Shown one piece after another: positions 36,605 through 48,939 of a DNA stretch of 52,086 nucleotides (its first letter is position 1; the number at the start of each line of letters is the position of its first letter). Location: contig NC_068998.1 of the NCBI RefSeq assembly GCF_001194135.2, positions 20,842,461 to 20,894,546 of the forward strand, read 5' to 3'. The DNA comes from Octopus bimaculoides. Its lineage: Eukaryota. Made by a program: the position numbers and the translations under genes. Under the pieces are notes generated by a model. It was given only the letters and a program-made list of their open reading frames with translations, searched no databases and was not told the DNA's origin.

Positions 36605-38430
36605 TTGGATCAGATAATGAAAGTTACAGAGAGGGTCATAGCCCAACTAATTAGGGAGAGAGTTAGCCTAGATGAGATGCAGTTTGGTTTTGTGCAAGGC
36701 AGAAACACCACTGATGCTATATTTCTGGTAAGGCAACTGCAGGAGAAATATCTAACCAAAGATAAACCTCTCTACTTGGTTTTTGTTGACTTGGAGAAAG
36801 CTTTTGACAGGGTTCCCCGATCCCTTATCTGGTGGTCAATGTGGGAACTGAGTATAGACGAGTGGTTGGTAAGAGCTGTACAATCCCTGTACTGAGATGC
36901 TGTCAGTAAGGTGAGGGTTGGCAATGAGTATAGTGAAGAATTCTGGGTTCACCAAGGATCAGTCCTCAGCCCCTTTTTATTCTTTATAGTTCTCCAAGCA
37001 ATAACAAAGGAATTCAAGATAGGCTGTCCCTGGGAGCTCCTCTATGCTGATGACCTTGCTCTAATAGCTGAGTCACTGCCAGAACTAGAGAGGAAGTTTA
37101 GGGTATGGAAGCAAGGTCTTGAATCGAAGGGCCTTAGGGTTAGCCTAGCAAAAACCAAAGTCATAGTAAGTAGGAAGGCTGTCAAATAAAAAACCCCTTC
37201 AGGTAGATGGCCCTGCTCGATCTGTAGAAAAGGCATGGGTAGAAACTCCATACGATGTACCCGGTGTAAGCTATGGACACATAAAAGGTGCAGCAATATC
37301 AAAGGAAGGTATCAAAGGATAGTTTTTGTGTGTGGCAGATGCACAGGGGCAATAAACACTGAAGATGTACAGAAAACAGATTTCATCACATGCCAGGAGG
37401 AAAAACTAGAAGTAGTTAATAGCTTTCGCTACCTAGGCGACCAGGTCTGTAGTGGGGATGGTTGTTCTGAGAGTATAGTGGCTAGAATAAGAATAACCAG
37501 GGCAAAGTTCAGGGAGCTCCCACCTCTGCTTGCAACTATGGGCCTCTCACTCAGGATGAAAGGTAGACTGTATGATGCATGTGTGCAAACTGCCATGCTA
37601 CACAACAGTGAAACATGGGCCATAACTGCTGAGGACATGCGTAGGCTTGAAAGAAATGAAGCTAGTATGATCTGCTGGATGTGTAATGTCAGTGTGCATA
37701 NNNNNNNNNNAGGCTTGAAAGAAATGAAGCTAGTATGATCTGCTGGATGTGTAATGTCAGTGTGCATACATGACAGAGTGTAAGCACCCTGAGAGAAAAG
37801 TTGGGCATAAGAAGCATAAAATGTGGTGTGCAAGAGAGATGACTGCAGTGGTATGGTCATGTGTTACATATGGATAAAGACAGCTGCGTGAGGAAGTGCC
37901 ACTCCCTAACTGTGGAAGGAACCTGTGGAAGAGGTAGACCCAGGAAGACATGGGATGAGGTGGTGAAGCATGACCTTCGAACATTGGGCCTCACAGAGTC
38001 AATGACAGGAGACCTTTGGAGATATGCTGTGATTGAGAAGACCTGGCAACTAAAGTGAGGTCATAGCTATGGCCGATGCCAGTGTTGCATGTCTGGCCCA
38101 TTTAAAAGTACCCCTGATGTGTCGGGCGATATGATATGCTTGAGAAGACCTGTTGAGTCATGTAAAACCAAAATTGTAGCTGTAGCCAGTGCTGCTTGAT
38201 TGGCTCCTGTTCTGTTGGCATGTAAAAAGCACCATCTGATTGTGGTCGATGCCAGGTTCACCTGACTGGCTCCTGTGCTGGTGGCATGTGAAAAGCACCA
38301 TCCGAACTTGGCTGATACCAATACACGCTGACTGGCTATTGTGCTGGTGACACATAAAAGGCACTATCCGAATGTGATCGATGCCAGGCTTGCCTGACTG
38401 GCTCCTGTGTCAGTGACACGTAAAAAGCAT
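36605..38430 (+). mobile_element. 5'-truncated, decayed RTE-clade LINE (RT domain, PHD-like finger, 3' UTR with tandem repeats)
   Basis: QFGF..GR.TTDAIF.VRQL.EKY..K.KPLY..FVDLEKAFDRVPR; HQGSVLSP.LF; LLYADDL; C-terminal RL.WYGHV and GRGRPRKTW motifs. Several stops and frameshifts; ORF ends at 38058. Confidence 0.95.
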
Positions 38431-39950
38431 AATAATAATAAAGCATAATAATAATAATAATAATAATAATAGGCATTATTGTGAAGTAGCACAGCATTAC
38501 CTTTAATTCCCTTACACACACACACGCACACACACACACATGTATATATACAGCTTCAAATAGACCTACATATGTTTCTACTGCATTGATTAGTAAATGT
38601 TGCATTTGCAACCCTTCTATAATACCAGTGCAGTTTCTTCAGTGTCTTCACTTTAATATCCTTTGATTTAATTGTATGATGTGGAATTGTTCATTAATTT
38701 AGACACAAACTATCTTCAATTCAAGTTTTGATTGGATAATTACTTGTAGTCTGTTATTTTAAAAACATTTTGTTGTTTAAATGTTTATTACTCATTTATA
38801 TAGAGCAAAGGTAAATTTCCTCATATGCCAGCATCTTAAAGCTTGCTTCTGTCTTGAATTTATTATATTACCCTTAAATGTAAAAATTTGGTAAAATTCT
38901 TCTAAACATAGGTCACATTTATTAGCTCCTGGTCTGTATGGTTTTTCAATACTAACCAATTCTCAACTGATGGTATAGTCTTTGTTTCTGTCTTTAATAG
39001 ACCAGATTAATTTACTTAGACTTGTTTGGAATCTCTTCTTTTTATCTCTAAATGAAATTAAATGATTAGACAGTCTCTCTTTGAAAATTAGTACAGTTGC
39101 ACCGATGTAAAAGCATTTTACATCTATATATTACATTTTTAGTTTTACATTTATTATTCACATAACAGGAATCCCATTTAGAACAATTGCAGAGATAATT
39201 TTTTTATATTTCTCTCTGATGTAGTATTAATTTGATTGTGTGTGGTAAAATCAAATTCATTTCTACCAAAGTTCTTTATTACTATTTACGCTTTCATATA
39301 ACATTATATTTGTTCTATTTCCAGCTGAATTTTTATTCAATTCTACATTATTGATTATGTTAAATTGGGTTGTTTCCCTTTCAGTGACTTTTAAATTCTT
39401 AGTGTTTTCTTCTATATGAATTTTTTTTATTATTATTATTCTGAATATTTACTTTGCTTCTCTGATTAGAATAGCTTTTTCTGAAATTTCGATATTATTT
39501 TTACATTATGTATTGCTATTATTTGTGCAATATTTCTACTGTTAGAATAAGCCATACAGTTCTTATGTTTATTAAAGATTCTATAATATAGTTATAGGAA
39601 AATATCATTCTATTGCTATATTGAACAATTTGGAAAAATAATAATTCACTTGTTTACCTAATGGAATAATTAGTTTTCCATACTTCCATGGATCAGATGA
39701 GAGTATGTTGGGAGTGAGTTTTCTATGGCCAGATGCACTCCCTGGCACTAATCGCCATCTGTTTATTGTAATAATAATCTAGCAATGTATCTAAACAACA
39801 AACAGCCCAGACATGTTTGTATGGAGAGCTGGAAACAAATAACACTGAAACAAGTGTTTTGTTCGTAAAGGTCAGATAAGATGTCAAGAAACTATTGTTT
39901 ACAAATTGGCAAACAAAGAGATATGGAGACTTGAGAAATACAAAATCACA

Positions 39951-40002
<52 letters not shown>

Positions 40003-40164
40003 AATGCACATGCAAAGGCTTCTTCCAACTTCCATCTCTCAAATCCACTTACATGGCTTTGGTTGATCCAGAGCTATAATAGAAGACATGGTGCCATGCA
40101 GTGGGACTGAACCAAAAACTGCATCTCAACCATACAGCACCTATGTATACGTGTATATATGCAT

Positions 40165-40215
<51 letters not shown>

Positions 40216-41127
40216 TGAGTTTATTTCTCTCCTTGTCTTCATGTTTGTCTGCCGTTTCTGAACAATGACAGTGTCATTTGCTTGCAGTCCACTGCAAAAG
40301 CAGATCCATTTGAATAAACCCGTGCATTGTTTGTCCTCAGTTCTCCATGTAACAATGTTCAAGCTTTTTCATTGTTTGATAGACTGAGATATTATTGTCT
40401 CACTTAGAAACAGATAGAAGTTAGCACTAGGGAACTAGAGAGGGCACCTGGCCTTAGAAAACCCTGCTCCAACATACTCTTGTTTATCCTATGCAAGCAT
40501 AACAAACTAGACATTAAAACAGTGATGATGATGATGATGATGATGATGTGTTTCCAGTGACCAACCCTTACCTGTTCTTGAAGTAAAAAATAATGTTACT
40601 AATAACGAGGTTATTGTTGTTTAACTTCAGGTTAGCAGATTGAGCAGATCTGTGATTAAAGATTCCAGCTGTGGCCATCCTATTTTTTCCTTTATGTGCA
40701 AGGAATCAAGGACCACATTATTCAACATGTCCACTTTTAAAAGCATGGTGGAGAGAGAATGTGAGGGAGATTTGGCTGCTACTTCTAGCAGGTAGTGTGA
40801 CCACAGAAACTGAGCTGTTAACTCATTAAAAATAATTGGTGTTGATTCTGATGTTGTTTTTGATTACGATGTTGCTATTGTTATTGTTGGATAGTTGAAA
40901 TTATGTCAAGGTTAAGATGCTAACACTTAAGATGTTGTTTAATGGCTGAAAAGGAAGTTTGATGGAACTGATAGTTAACAACATTAGATACCGCCTTTCT
41001 TCTATTTAGCGTGATATAGCTTGGCTGAGTCAACAGAGCATTAGGCTACAAGCTGATAGTTTTTGAGTTCGCATCTTACTTCAGACATTTTCTTATGTTT
41101 CCCTTTCTGAAACAGGTCCCTTAATCT

Positions 41128-41512
41128 TATGTTACTCTTTTACTCTTTTACTTGTTCCAGTCATTTGACTGTGGCCATGCTGGAGCACCACCTTTAGTCG
41201 AGCAAATCGACCCCAGGACTTATTCTTTGTAAGCCTGGTACTTATTCTATTGGTCTCTTTTGCCGAACTGCTAAGTTATGGGGACGTAAACACACCAGCA
41301 TCGGTTGTCAATTGATGTTGGGTGGGGGGTGGGGGACAAACACACACATATATATACATATACATAGACAGTTTCTGTCTACCAAATCCACTCACAAGGC
41401 TTTGGTCGGCCCGAGGCTATAGTTGAAGATACTTGCCCAAGGTGCCACGCAGTGGGACTGAACCTAGAACCATGTGGTTGGTAAGCAAGCTACTTACCAC
41501 ACAGCCACTCCA
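41128..41512 (-). mobile_element. SINE family B, full-length copy
   Basis: High identity to 23998-24397 in reverse complement. Confidence 0.9.
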
Positions 41513-42459
41513 ACTGTTGCTTCAGTTTTCTCTAACTGTGAGGAATAATAGCTACTGATAGATCCTTGGTCTTTTGAAGTATATAGGTATGGTATGGATG
41601 TGTGTTTGGTTAAGATATTTGTTTCATAACTGAATGGTTAGGATATTTAGCTCACAATCATAAGATCGTGAGTTCAATTCCCAGCAACGTATTGTGTCCT
41701 TGGACAAGACACTTTATTTAGCATTGCTTTAGTCCAGTGAGGTGGCAAAAATGAGTAGTACCTGTATTTCAAAGGGCCAGCCTTGTCACACTCTGTGTCA
41801 TGTTGAATCTCTCCGAGAACTATGTTAAGGGTACACGTGTCTGTGGAGTGCTCAGCCACTTGCACGTTAATTTCATAAGCAGGCTGTTCTGTTGATCAGA
41901 TCAACCAGAACCCTTGTCATCGTTGGAATACCAGTTATTATTATGAAGTTTCAGGTTCCATCTAACAGCACAGCCCCTTAGACAAGTGTCTTCTACTTTA
42001 AGGCTGTTAGTAGACCAAATCCTTGTTGATTAAATTTAGACAGAAACTGCAAGATGGAAGTTCTTGTTATTGGTTGGTGAACTGAATCATCTCTCAGTTT
42101 AACATCATCCCCTGCCCTTGGGTGCCTTCAACAGAGTTTACTCTGTTGAAATTATTTGGTCCAGTCTCTTTTCTTAGGACAATTTCCTCCCTTTCTCCTT
42201 TTAGTTTCAAAGACACTGAAAAGGGCTGTGGATGTATTCATCCTCATTTGACAAAAGAATAAAAAAGCTAAATAAAAAAGATACTGGATTTTTGGTAGCA
42301 CGTCCTGTATAATACTAGCACCCTAGCCAGGGTGGAATTGGAGACTTACCACTCTCACATATACTTAAACACTACAGAAAGTAGTGATATGCCTCAATTT
42401 CATAAGTACATAAAAACAATGGAATGATAGAAATAACAATGCACCAAATTAAATTTCTT

Positions 42460-43070
42460 ACAATAATATTTACTTCAGTTACATCCATATTCTGTGTTCA
42501 AAATCTTAATGGATCAATTTTGCCTTTCATTCTTCTGGACTTGATAAAATAAATACCAGGTTACATATACTGGAAATCATTACGACTGACTATATTCTAT
42601 AAATTTCATAGATGTTCCAATTTCAATCAAGTCCTAGCATCATTATATCGATTGGCTCAACACCAGCCCCATCTTCAATCTATAGCCTTATACCAATTTC
42701 AGTCAAGTCCTAGAACGATCATATTGATTGATACAGTCCCTAACTCCCAGCTTCACAATTTATAAGCCTTGTGTCAATTTCAGCCAAGTTCCAGAGTCAT
42801 TATATTGATTCCTCCTAGCACCTCAATTCATAGTTTTTTGCCAATTCCAGTTAAGTACTGGATCAATACAACCAATGGTTCTCAGCCTCCCAAACTTATA
42901 GCCTTATGCTAAGTTCAACGATGTATTGGAGAGTCAATATAATCGATTTGTTTTCCTTTTCACCACTGTTAGTCTTGTACCAATCTCAGTCAAGTAGTTG
43001 AGTCAATATTACAGGTTGTTCCCAGCACCCTAAACATTTTAAAGCCATGTACCAAGGAAAGAAATCATTA
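42460..43070 (+). repeat. Old SINE A copy whose ~70-bp 3' segment is tandemly repeated about 7 times
   Basis: Anchors ccaatttcagtcaagt near 42617, 42692, 42775, 42841, 42909, 42980 and 43044; each unit resembles the SINE A tail. Confidence 0.65.
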
Positions 43071-43298
43071 TTATTTGATATGCACCAAGTAAGTATGTTA
43101 TAGAAAAATAGATCAATAAGAAAATATTGCTTTGTTGATGGTAGGAAATATTTAGTTATTAAGTGTAATAAATTATCATAAAATATCAAGTAATTTTTTT
43201 TCAAAATCAACTTAGTATGTACAGGAGTCTTTTTGTGGAATTTTGTTTTTTTGTCTTTGTTTTCATTTAAATATTTCTGTAGTAATGTTTGTAATTCA

Positions 43299-43364
43299 TC
43301 ATTTGGAGAAATCCTTTGTGGTGTGATAACAATCTGTCTCTTCTCTTTGGTGTGTTGATGGTTT
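43299..43364 (-). CDS. Candidate alternative terminal exon of the acid phosphatase (KPSTHQREETDCYHTTKDFSK*)
   Basis: Acceptor ccatcttcatttcag| and phase 0, compatible with the 45435 donor. No homology support. Confidence 0.2.
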   Translation of the reverse strand, partial: KPSTHQREETDCYHTTKDFSK

Positions 43365-43469
43365 CTGAAATGAAGATGGTTATATTATTATTATCATTAA
43401 TAATAATAACATGATGTTGGTAATGATGATGATGATGGTAATGTTGAAGGCGATGATGATGATAAAAGA

Positions 43470-43860
43470 GAAAGTGATTAAATCAAGTTCTATGGCAATA
43501 AGAAGAGGAATCTTTGAGGGAGGTACCTTATCCCCTCTGCTCTTCTACCTAGCTCTGACCTCATTTACAAATTTGCTGCATGATACCACTGCCAATGGTT
43601 ATAAATGTTACAGATATACCATTAAGCATTTCTTCTCTAAGGATGACTTTAAACAATTTGCATGAGACAATATCTTGCTGGAGTACTTTCTAAAATTTAT
43701 TTGTGAATTTAGCTAAGATATAAAAATGAGAAAAGTCCTGTACAGATATGATGAAGTTACAATAAGAAACGGAAATCTAATCAAAGCAGTAGAGATCAAA
43801 TGAAAACCAAGGCACTGAAAGTAAGACCAGAATCATCCATAGATGATTAGAATGATATAA
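43470..43860 (+). mobile_element. Non-LTR retrotransposon RT fragment (R2/R4-like)
   Basis: IRRGIFEGGTLSPLLFYLAL...IKHFFSKDDFKQFA corresponds to the RGIFQGDSLSPLLF...INHL.YMDDLK.YA motifs, with decayed continuation. Confidence 0.7.
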
Positions 43861-43914
43861 AACTAATAAGGTTCAAATGATATAAATACATTTTTATTAA
43901 AAACTGCAGCCCCA

Positions 43915-45028
43915 ATCAAATGGAAATTTGGAAACGACATGCTGTACTACTTGGCATTCGTGCCAGAAGCTCCAAAACGAACATTTCAAAGTGTTTGGGT
44001 GTCAATCTGCAGCGCAGAGGATTCAAAAAGAGTTGGATGAGTCTAATGGTGATTACGAAGGTAAAACAAGTTGGAAAATTCACTCTGATAACTCTGATAA
44101 GAAAAGAGCTCTTTAACTTTTTGGTGAGATCCAGGCCATGATTAATCATGTTCCTCCCCTAGTCAACTGGGTCCATTGCCAGTGTCTGTGTTTCTTATCA
44201 GGCAGGCAGTGCATGAAGACATTTGGTATTCCTCATGAAAAAGGGCAAATTCTTATCCCAAGCTATCAAGGAGAAGAAGAAAGACCATACTACGAAGCTT
44301 TTGAACAAACTCAAGCACCCCTTCCAAGCAAACATGCTTTGGCTTTGCTAGGATTAGATGGTGAACATGCAGAATAACTGTTGGGTTGCTGTGTCCCCAA
44401 AACATGTACTGAGAGTGATAAAAATCAAATATCCAGCTAGCATCATGGTGTTTGGAGTGATTACTAGTGATGGTGAAGTTATGCCTCCATTCATCTTCCC
44501 ACACAGCCTCAGCCTCAATATGGAGGCCTACATCAAGTGCTTGGAGGAGGTAGTGCTGCCCTGGGTAAAGGTGGTGGCTACTGGAAGATTCTGTCTGGCA
44601 ATAAGACTCTGCACCATGCCACACAAGCAAGAGAACTCAGTCATGGCTATCAGATAATTTCTGCGACCACACTACCCCTAACATCTGGTCACCTAATCCC
44701 CCAGACTGCAACTCCCTTCATTATTACGTGTGGGGTACAGTTGAGTGAATGAGGAAAAAAACTCCTTGTAACACCAAAGATGAACTGAAGGTAAGGATTA
44801 TGGCAGTATTCACTAACTTAAACAAGGAGACCATCCAGAAGAGTTGTAGGAGATTCTGAAGTCATCTGGAGACCATGGTTGGAGCCAATGATGATTTTAT
44901 TGAACAAATATACTCTTTAGTATTTCAAGATATCTTTATGTAAATTTGGTAAATATATATTAAAATGAGATGTCAGCATTATTTTCATTTTTGCATAATT
45001 TAGATGACAATTTATTCACTGCATCGTG
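43915..45028 (+). mobile_element. Decayed Tc1/mariner-superfamily transposon (DD37D-like)
   Basis: PASIMVFGVITSDGEVMPPFIFP, DSAPCHTSK and W.PN.PDCN..YYVWG motifs with frameshifts. The 3' end at ~45028 resembles a TIR. Confidence 0.85.
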
Positions 45029-45218
45029 TATATATATACAACAGGCTTCTTTCAGTTTCTGTCTACCAAATCCACTCACAAGGCTTTGGTTGGCCCAAGG
45101 CCATAGTAGAAGACACTTGCCCAATGTGCCACACAGTGGGACTGAACTTGGAACCATGCTTACCACACAGCCATGCCTGTGCCTACAGAGAAATAGCTAA
45201 ATTTGTCCTGTTTATATA

Positions 45219-45460
45219 TCAGCTATATAAGTTACATATATACTTTAGAAATACTATGAAACCAATACACAATATGTATATTATAAACATATACAATGTA
45301 CATGTGGAAAGTGGAAATAATAAAGCTTTAATAAAATGAGACATGCATGTACATGCTGAGCCAAAGGTTACAGCAAATTGTACAGCTATTATTAATATTG
45401 AAGTTTTCAAGGATGATGAAATGGGTATACTCACCAAAGCACTGCATTGACGTTTATTTT
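45219..45460 (-). CDS. Candidate following exon of the acid phosphatase: either a 26-nt microexon 45435-45460 or a read-through terminal exon to the stop at 45219
   Basis: Strong acceptor tttgtttccattttccttttaccag| at 45461, phase compatible with the upstream exon: (E)NKRQCSAL. It is followed by a consensus donor GTGAGT at 45434, and the frame also stays open for 79 codons with hydrophobic stretches. Confidence 0.45.
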
Positions 45461-45795
45461 CTGGTAAAAGGAAAATGGAAACAAATAAATAGATTATGAA
45501 AGATTCAAATTTGGGGTTTCTAAGAAAGTCACAAATTCTGTATTTTGGAAAATATATCATTAGTTATTGTAATAAACATTATTATAAATATTATAATAAA
45601 TATTATGATGTCTACATGGGGACACTGTAAATCATGGTATGGAAAACATGGAATGATCATGACTGGGGCATCATTGGTCATAAGCCTGTGCGATCAGTAC
45701 TAACAGGCCTGGGGCTAAATAACATAAACAACTACTGTTGAAATTAACATCACAACTCTGTTGCAAACATTTGGCTCAGGTGTGCAGATTGAGGG

Positions 45796-46179
45796 TGGAG
45801 GCACAATGGCCCAGTGGTTAGGGCAGCGGACTCGCGCTCACAGGATTGCGGTTTCGATTCCCAGACTGGGCGTTGTGAGTGTTTATTGAGTGAAAACACC
45901 TAAAGCTCCACGAGGCTCCGGCAGGGGATGGTGTCGAACCCTGCTGTACTCTTTCACCACAACTTTCTCTCACTCTTACTTCTTGTTTCTGTTGTGCCTG
46001 TAATTCAAAGGGTCAGCCTTGTCACACTGTGTCACGCTGAATATCCCCGAGAACTACGTTAAGGGTACACGTGTCTGTGGAGTGCTCAGCCACTTGCATG
46101 TTAATTTCACGAGCAGGCTGTTCCGTTGATTGGATCAACTGGAACCCTCGATGTCGTAAGCGATGGAGTGCCAACAACA
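45796..46179 (+). mobile_element. Full-length SINE family C with 11-bp TSD
   Basis: A box tggcccagtgg, B box ggtttcgattcc; TSD gcagattgagg at 45784-45794 and 46180-46190. Its 3' half recurs at 21504-21745, 41625-41940 and 50780-51065. Confidence 0.9.
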
Positions 46180-46254
46180 GCAGATTGAGGTTAATTTCCT
46201 CTTGTTTCAGAAAAAGGTCACAGTTACTGACCATCCTCCTGTGACAAAACCATA

Positions 46255-46740
46255 GAAAGCAAAAAGAGCATATACAACAGAGTATAAGTGATTTGAGAGA
46301 AAACTGGGTATACAAGGCATCAGATGTAGTGTGCAAGAAAGAAGACTGTGCTGGTATGGTTATCTGATGTGTATGAATGAAGACTGTTGCATCAAGAAGT
46401 GCTGAGCTGTAATTGTGGAGGGAATGTATGGAAGGGGTAGACCTAGGAAGACATTGGATGAAGTGGTGAGAAGGGACCTTCAGATGTTGGGTCTCACAGA
46501 GGGGGATGGCAGAGGATTGAGACCTCTGGCAGCTTGCAGTGCCTGAGAAAACATGCCATACTAAGTAAATACATGGTTGTCTTTGCATACTGGCATGTCA
46601 CCTGCATCCCTCTTCAGCCGGAGCCATGTAAAAAAAGCACCTATGCTGGTGCTGTGTAATAGCACCCAGTACACTCAGGAAAGTGGTTGGTGTTAGGAAG
46701 GGCATCCAGCCATGAAAAGACACACACACACACACACACA
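46255..46740 (+). mobile_element. RTE LINE 3' fragment, same family as 36605-38430
   Basis: Translates ..LGIQGIRCSVQERRLCWYG...GRGRPRKTLDEVVRRDL.., followed by the shared tail (agtggttggtgttaggaagggcatccagc). Confidence 0.85.
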
Positions 46741-46947
46741 AAGGCAGTACAGGAGGGGAGGTTGGTCCAGTGTTGCCACCTACAACATAGGTGACAAGAT
46801 GAACTGAAAGAGCCTAAGTGATAAAAGTGGTGGCATAATGAGTGGAAAACAGGTGGGTCATGCACCAGGAAGTTGTACAAAGGAGTGATAGGGACAGGGA
46901 ACTCCACTAATTGAATGATTTAAAATAATACTAACTATATCACATAC

Positions 46948-47058
46948 CATGTTGTTTATCCGAATAATGTAGTGATCTGCATTCCCTTTCCCAGTCTCCT
47001 GGTAAACTGTCTTTTGTTAATTCTACAAATTTCTCATATGGACAGTCTTTGGAGCAAC
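46948..47058 (-). CDS. ACP2-like: Histidine acid phosphatase, next exon (GC..CP...DW..EC C-terminal domain)
   Basis: Acceptor ttatcatttctag|GT TGC, donor CAT G|gtatgt; 111 nt, phase 1 to 1, in frame with the 49566-49758 exon. Encodes (G)CSKDCPYEKFVELTKDSLPGDWERECRSLHYSDKQH, the family's conserved disulfide cysteines and DW..EC motif. Missed by the ORF track. Confidence 0.92.
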
Positions 47059-47546
47059 CTAGAAATGATAAGCAATTAGAATTTTAGGAATATTGAGATT
47101 TTCAACATAAGGCCAGCTCTAATGTTACATCCTTTACTAATGCTATCATATACACACACATATACATACACATATATGCATGCATTTGCAAGTGTATACA
47201 TTCATTCATTTACACACACACAGAGGTAGTTATGGCAAATCCAAGCTGTTTCCTCTTGAAGAACATCTGCTTATTCCATTATTAAAATCAATGTGTATCC
47301 ATAGTTACAGTTGTATGTTTATCAAAATACATATTAAAGTTGAGAATTATGGAAATATTATTTGCAGAGTTACATAAAAAAACAAGAAAATGGAATTTTT
47401 TAATATTATTTATTCCCCATTACACATGCTCCATTTGCAAATACGAATTATATATAACATGTAAATATTTGTAATTCCAATTAGTAAATGAAACACGTGT
47501 AATGAAGAATAAATAATACCAAAAAATTTCCATTTTCCTGTTTTGC

Positions 47547-47597
<51 letters not shown>

Positions 47598-47672
47598 CAT
47601 ACACACACATGTAAATACTTGCATATACATACACTCACTCAAACATACATGTAACATACAAGCTTACGCATA

Positions 47673-47884
47673 CAGGGTGTCCACAAAGTCTGGGTACATG
47701 AGGATTAACACATACTTAAAGAAATTATTATTTCTAATATTTAATTGTTTATGTTATGATTTTATTTACTCCATGTACCCACATGGGGATTAACACATTC
47801 TTTAAGAAATTATTATTTCTTATATTTAATTGTTTATGTTGTAATTCTATTTACTCTATGTACCCAGACCTTGTGGACACCCTG
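47673..47884. mobile_element. Tc1/mariner-type MITE with an internal tandem duplication
   Basis: TA-flanked TIRs CAGGGTGTCCACAA(A/G)GTCTGGGTACAT with 1 mismatch. The interior is two direct copies of a ~88-bp unit. Confidence 0.85.
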
Positions 47885-47916
47885 TACATTTACATAAATA
47901 CATACATATACACATA

Positions 47917-48939
47917 TGAGGTGCATTCCAGAAGTTTTTAGATGTTTCTTTAGGATAGTCAGTTATAACTGTCCCACATTATTGTAATTTTAGTATATCA
48001 TATCATTACTACACATTTAATAAGCTATCCTGCCAACTTTTGCTATTCTAGATTAAAGGAAACAGCTGTAACCACTTTGAATACACTCAACTAGACACTG
48101 CATGTCACAGCTCACTTATTTGCAAGATGCAATCAGGATGTAAAGACACTTTCGAAGCTTGCTATGCAATGAAGTTTTGTGTTAAACAGGGCAAAATGCT
48201 ATAGAAGCTTGTGAAATGCTCCAGAGTACCTATGGACACTAGCGTAGTTGGGGTGGTGGGGGCAGTCCGCCCTGGGTGGTACTTTTAAAGGGGGAATACT
48301 TTTCATCCTGTTGTAAGCAATATGTATTTTTTGTGGTGTCTGGGGCAGCAAATGGAAGAGCCACCCTGGGCAGCACACACTCTAGCTACACTAGTGCTTA
48401 TGGATTAACTTGTATGACCCTAGCATCTGTTTTCATTGGCTCAAAAGTCCAGGCAAAGCAAGTCCATTGGGAAGCTCATGATGATCCCATTTTTTGGTCA
48501 CAAGGGCATGGGTATCATGTACATCTACTGGGTTCCTTCTGGCCAGTTGGTCAATAAAAAAGTACTTTTTGGAGGTTTTGAGGGGGTTCAGGTAGAGATT
48601 TCATTACAAAAGGTCAGAGTACCTGCCCCAGGATTCCACAATTTCATGCTGTTAACCAACTACTGTCTCTTGCTCTCTCTACAGTCCTGACTTTGTACCC
48701 TATGACTTTTGATTGTTTCCCAAGCTAAGGAAGAAGTTGAAGGAGGCTATGTCAAGGGTCTTGCATGCCTTTTCTTTCGAGGACTTCCATAGGGGCCTTC
48801 ATGAAGTAGCTGGAGTGCTACAATAAGTGCATTGAAGTTAGAGGATCCTACTTTGAGGGAGATTAGAGTTTTTTTCCCTTCTTTGAAATTAATAAATATC
48901 TCTCCTGAAAAAGTCTGAAAACTGCTGGAATACACCTTG
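47917..48939 (+). mobile_element. Decayed mariner (DD34D-type) element
   Basis: Imperfect TIRs (tgaggtgcattccagaagtttt / aaaactgctggaatacaccttg) with TA flanks. Remnants YAMKFCVK..YG..CMT.ASVFHW and YSPDFVPYDF*LFPKL. Confidence 0.85.
48237..48396. mobile_element. 160-bp hAT-type MITE nested in the mariner
   Basis: TIRs CACTAGCGTAG / CTACACTAGTG (10/11) and 8-bp TSD cctatgga / cttatgga. Confidence 0.8.

Noticed and set aside
45796-45870. Functional tRNA gene
   Set aside because: The tRNA-like head is continuous with a multicopy SINE body and TSD, and no complete cloverleaf is evident; the same holds for the other SINE heads.
47410-47634. Hydrophobic minus-strand ORF (FFGIIYSSLHVFHLLIG..) in the phosphatase intron
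   Set aside because: It starts in (CA)n, and inclusion would separate LTIPG from CSKDCP, which join directly in the family.
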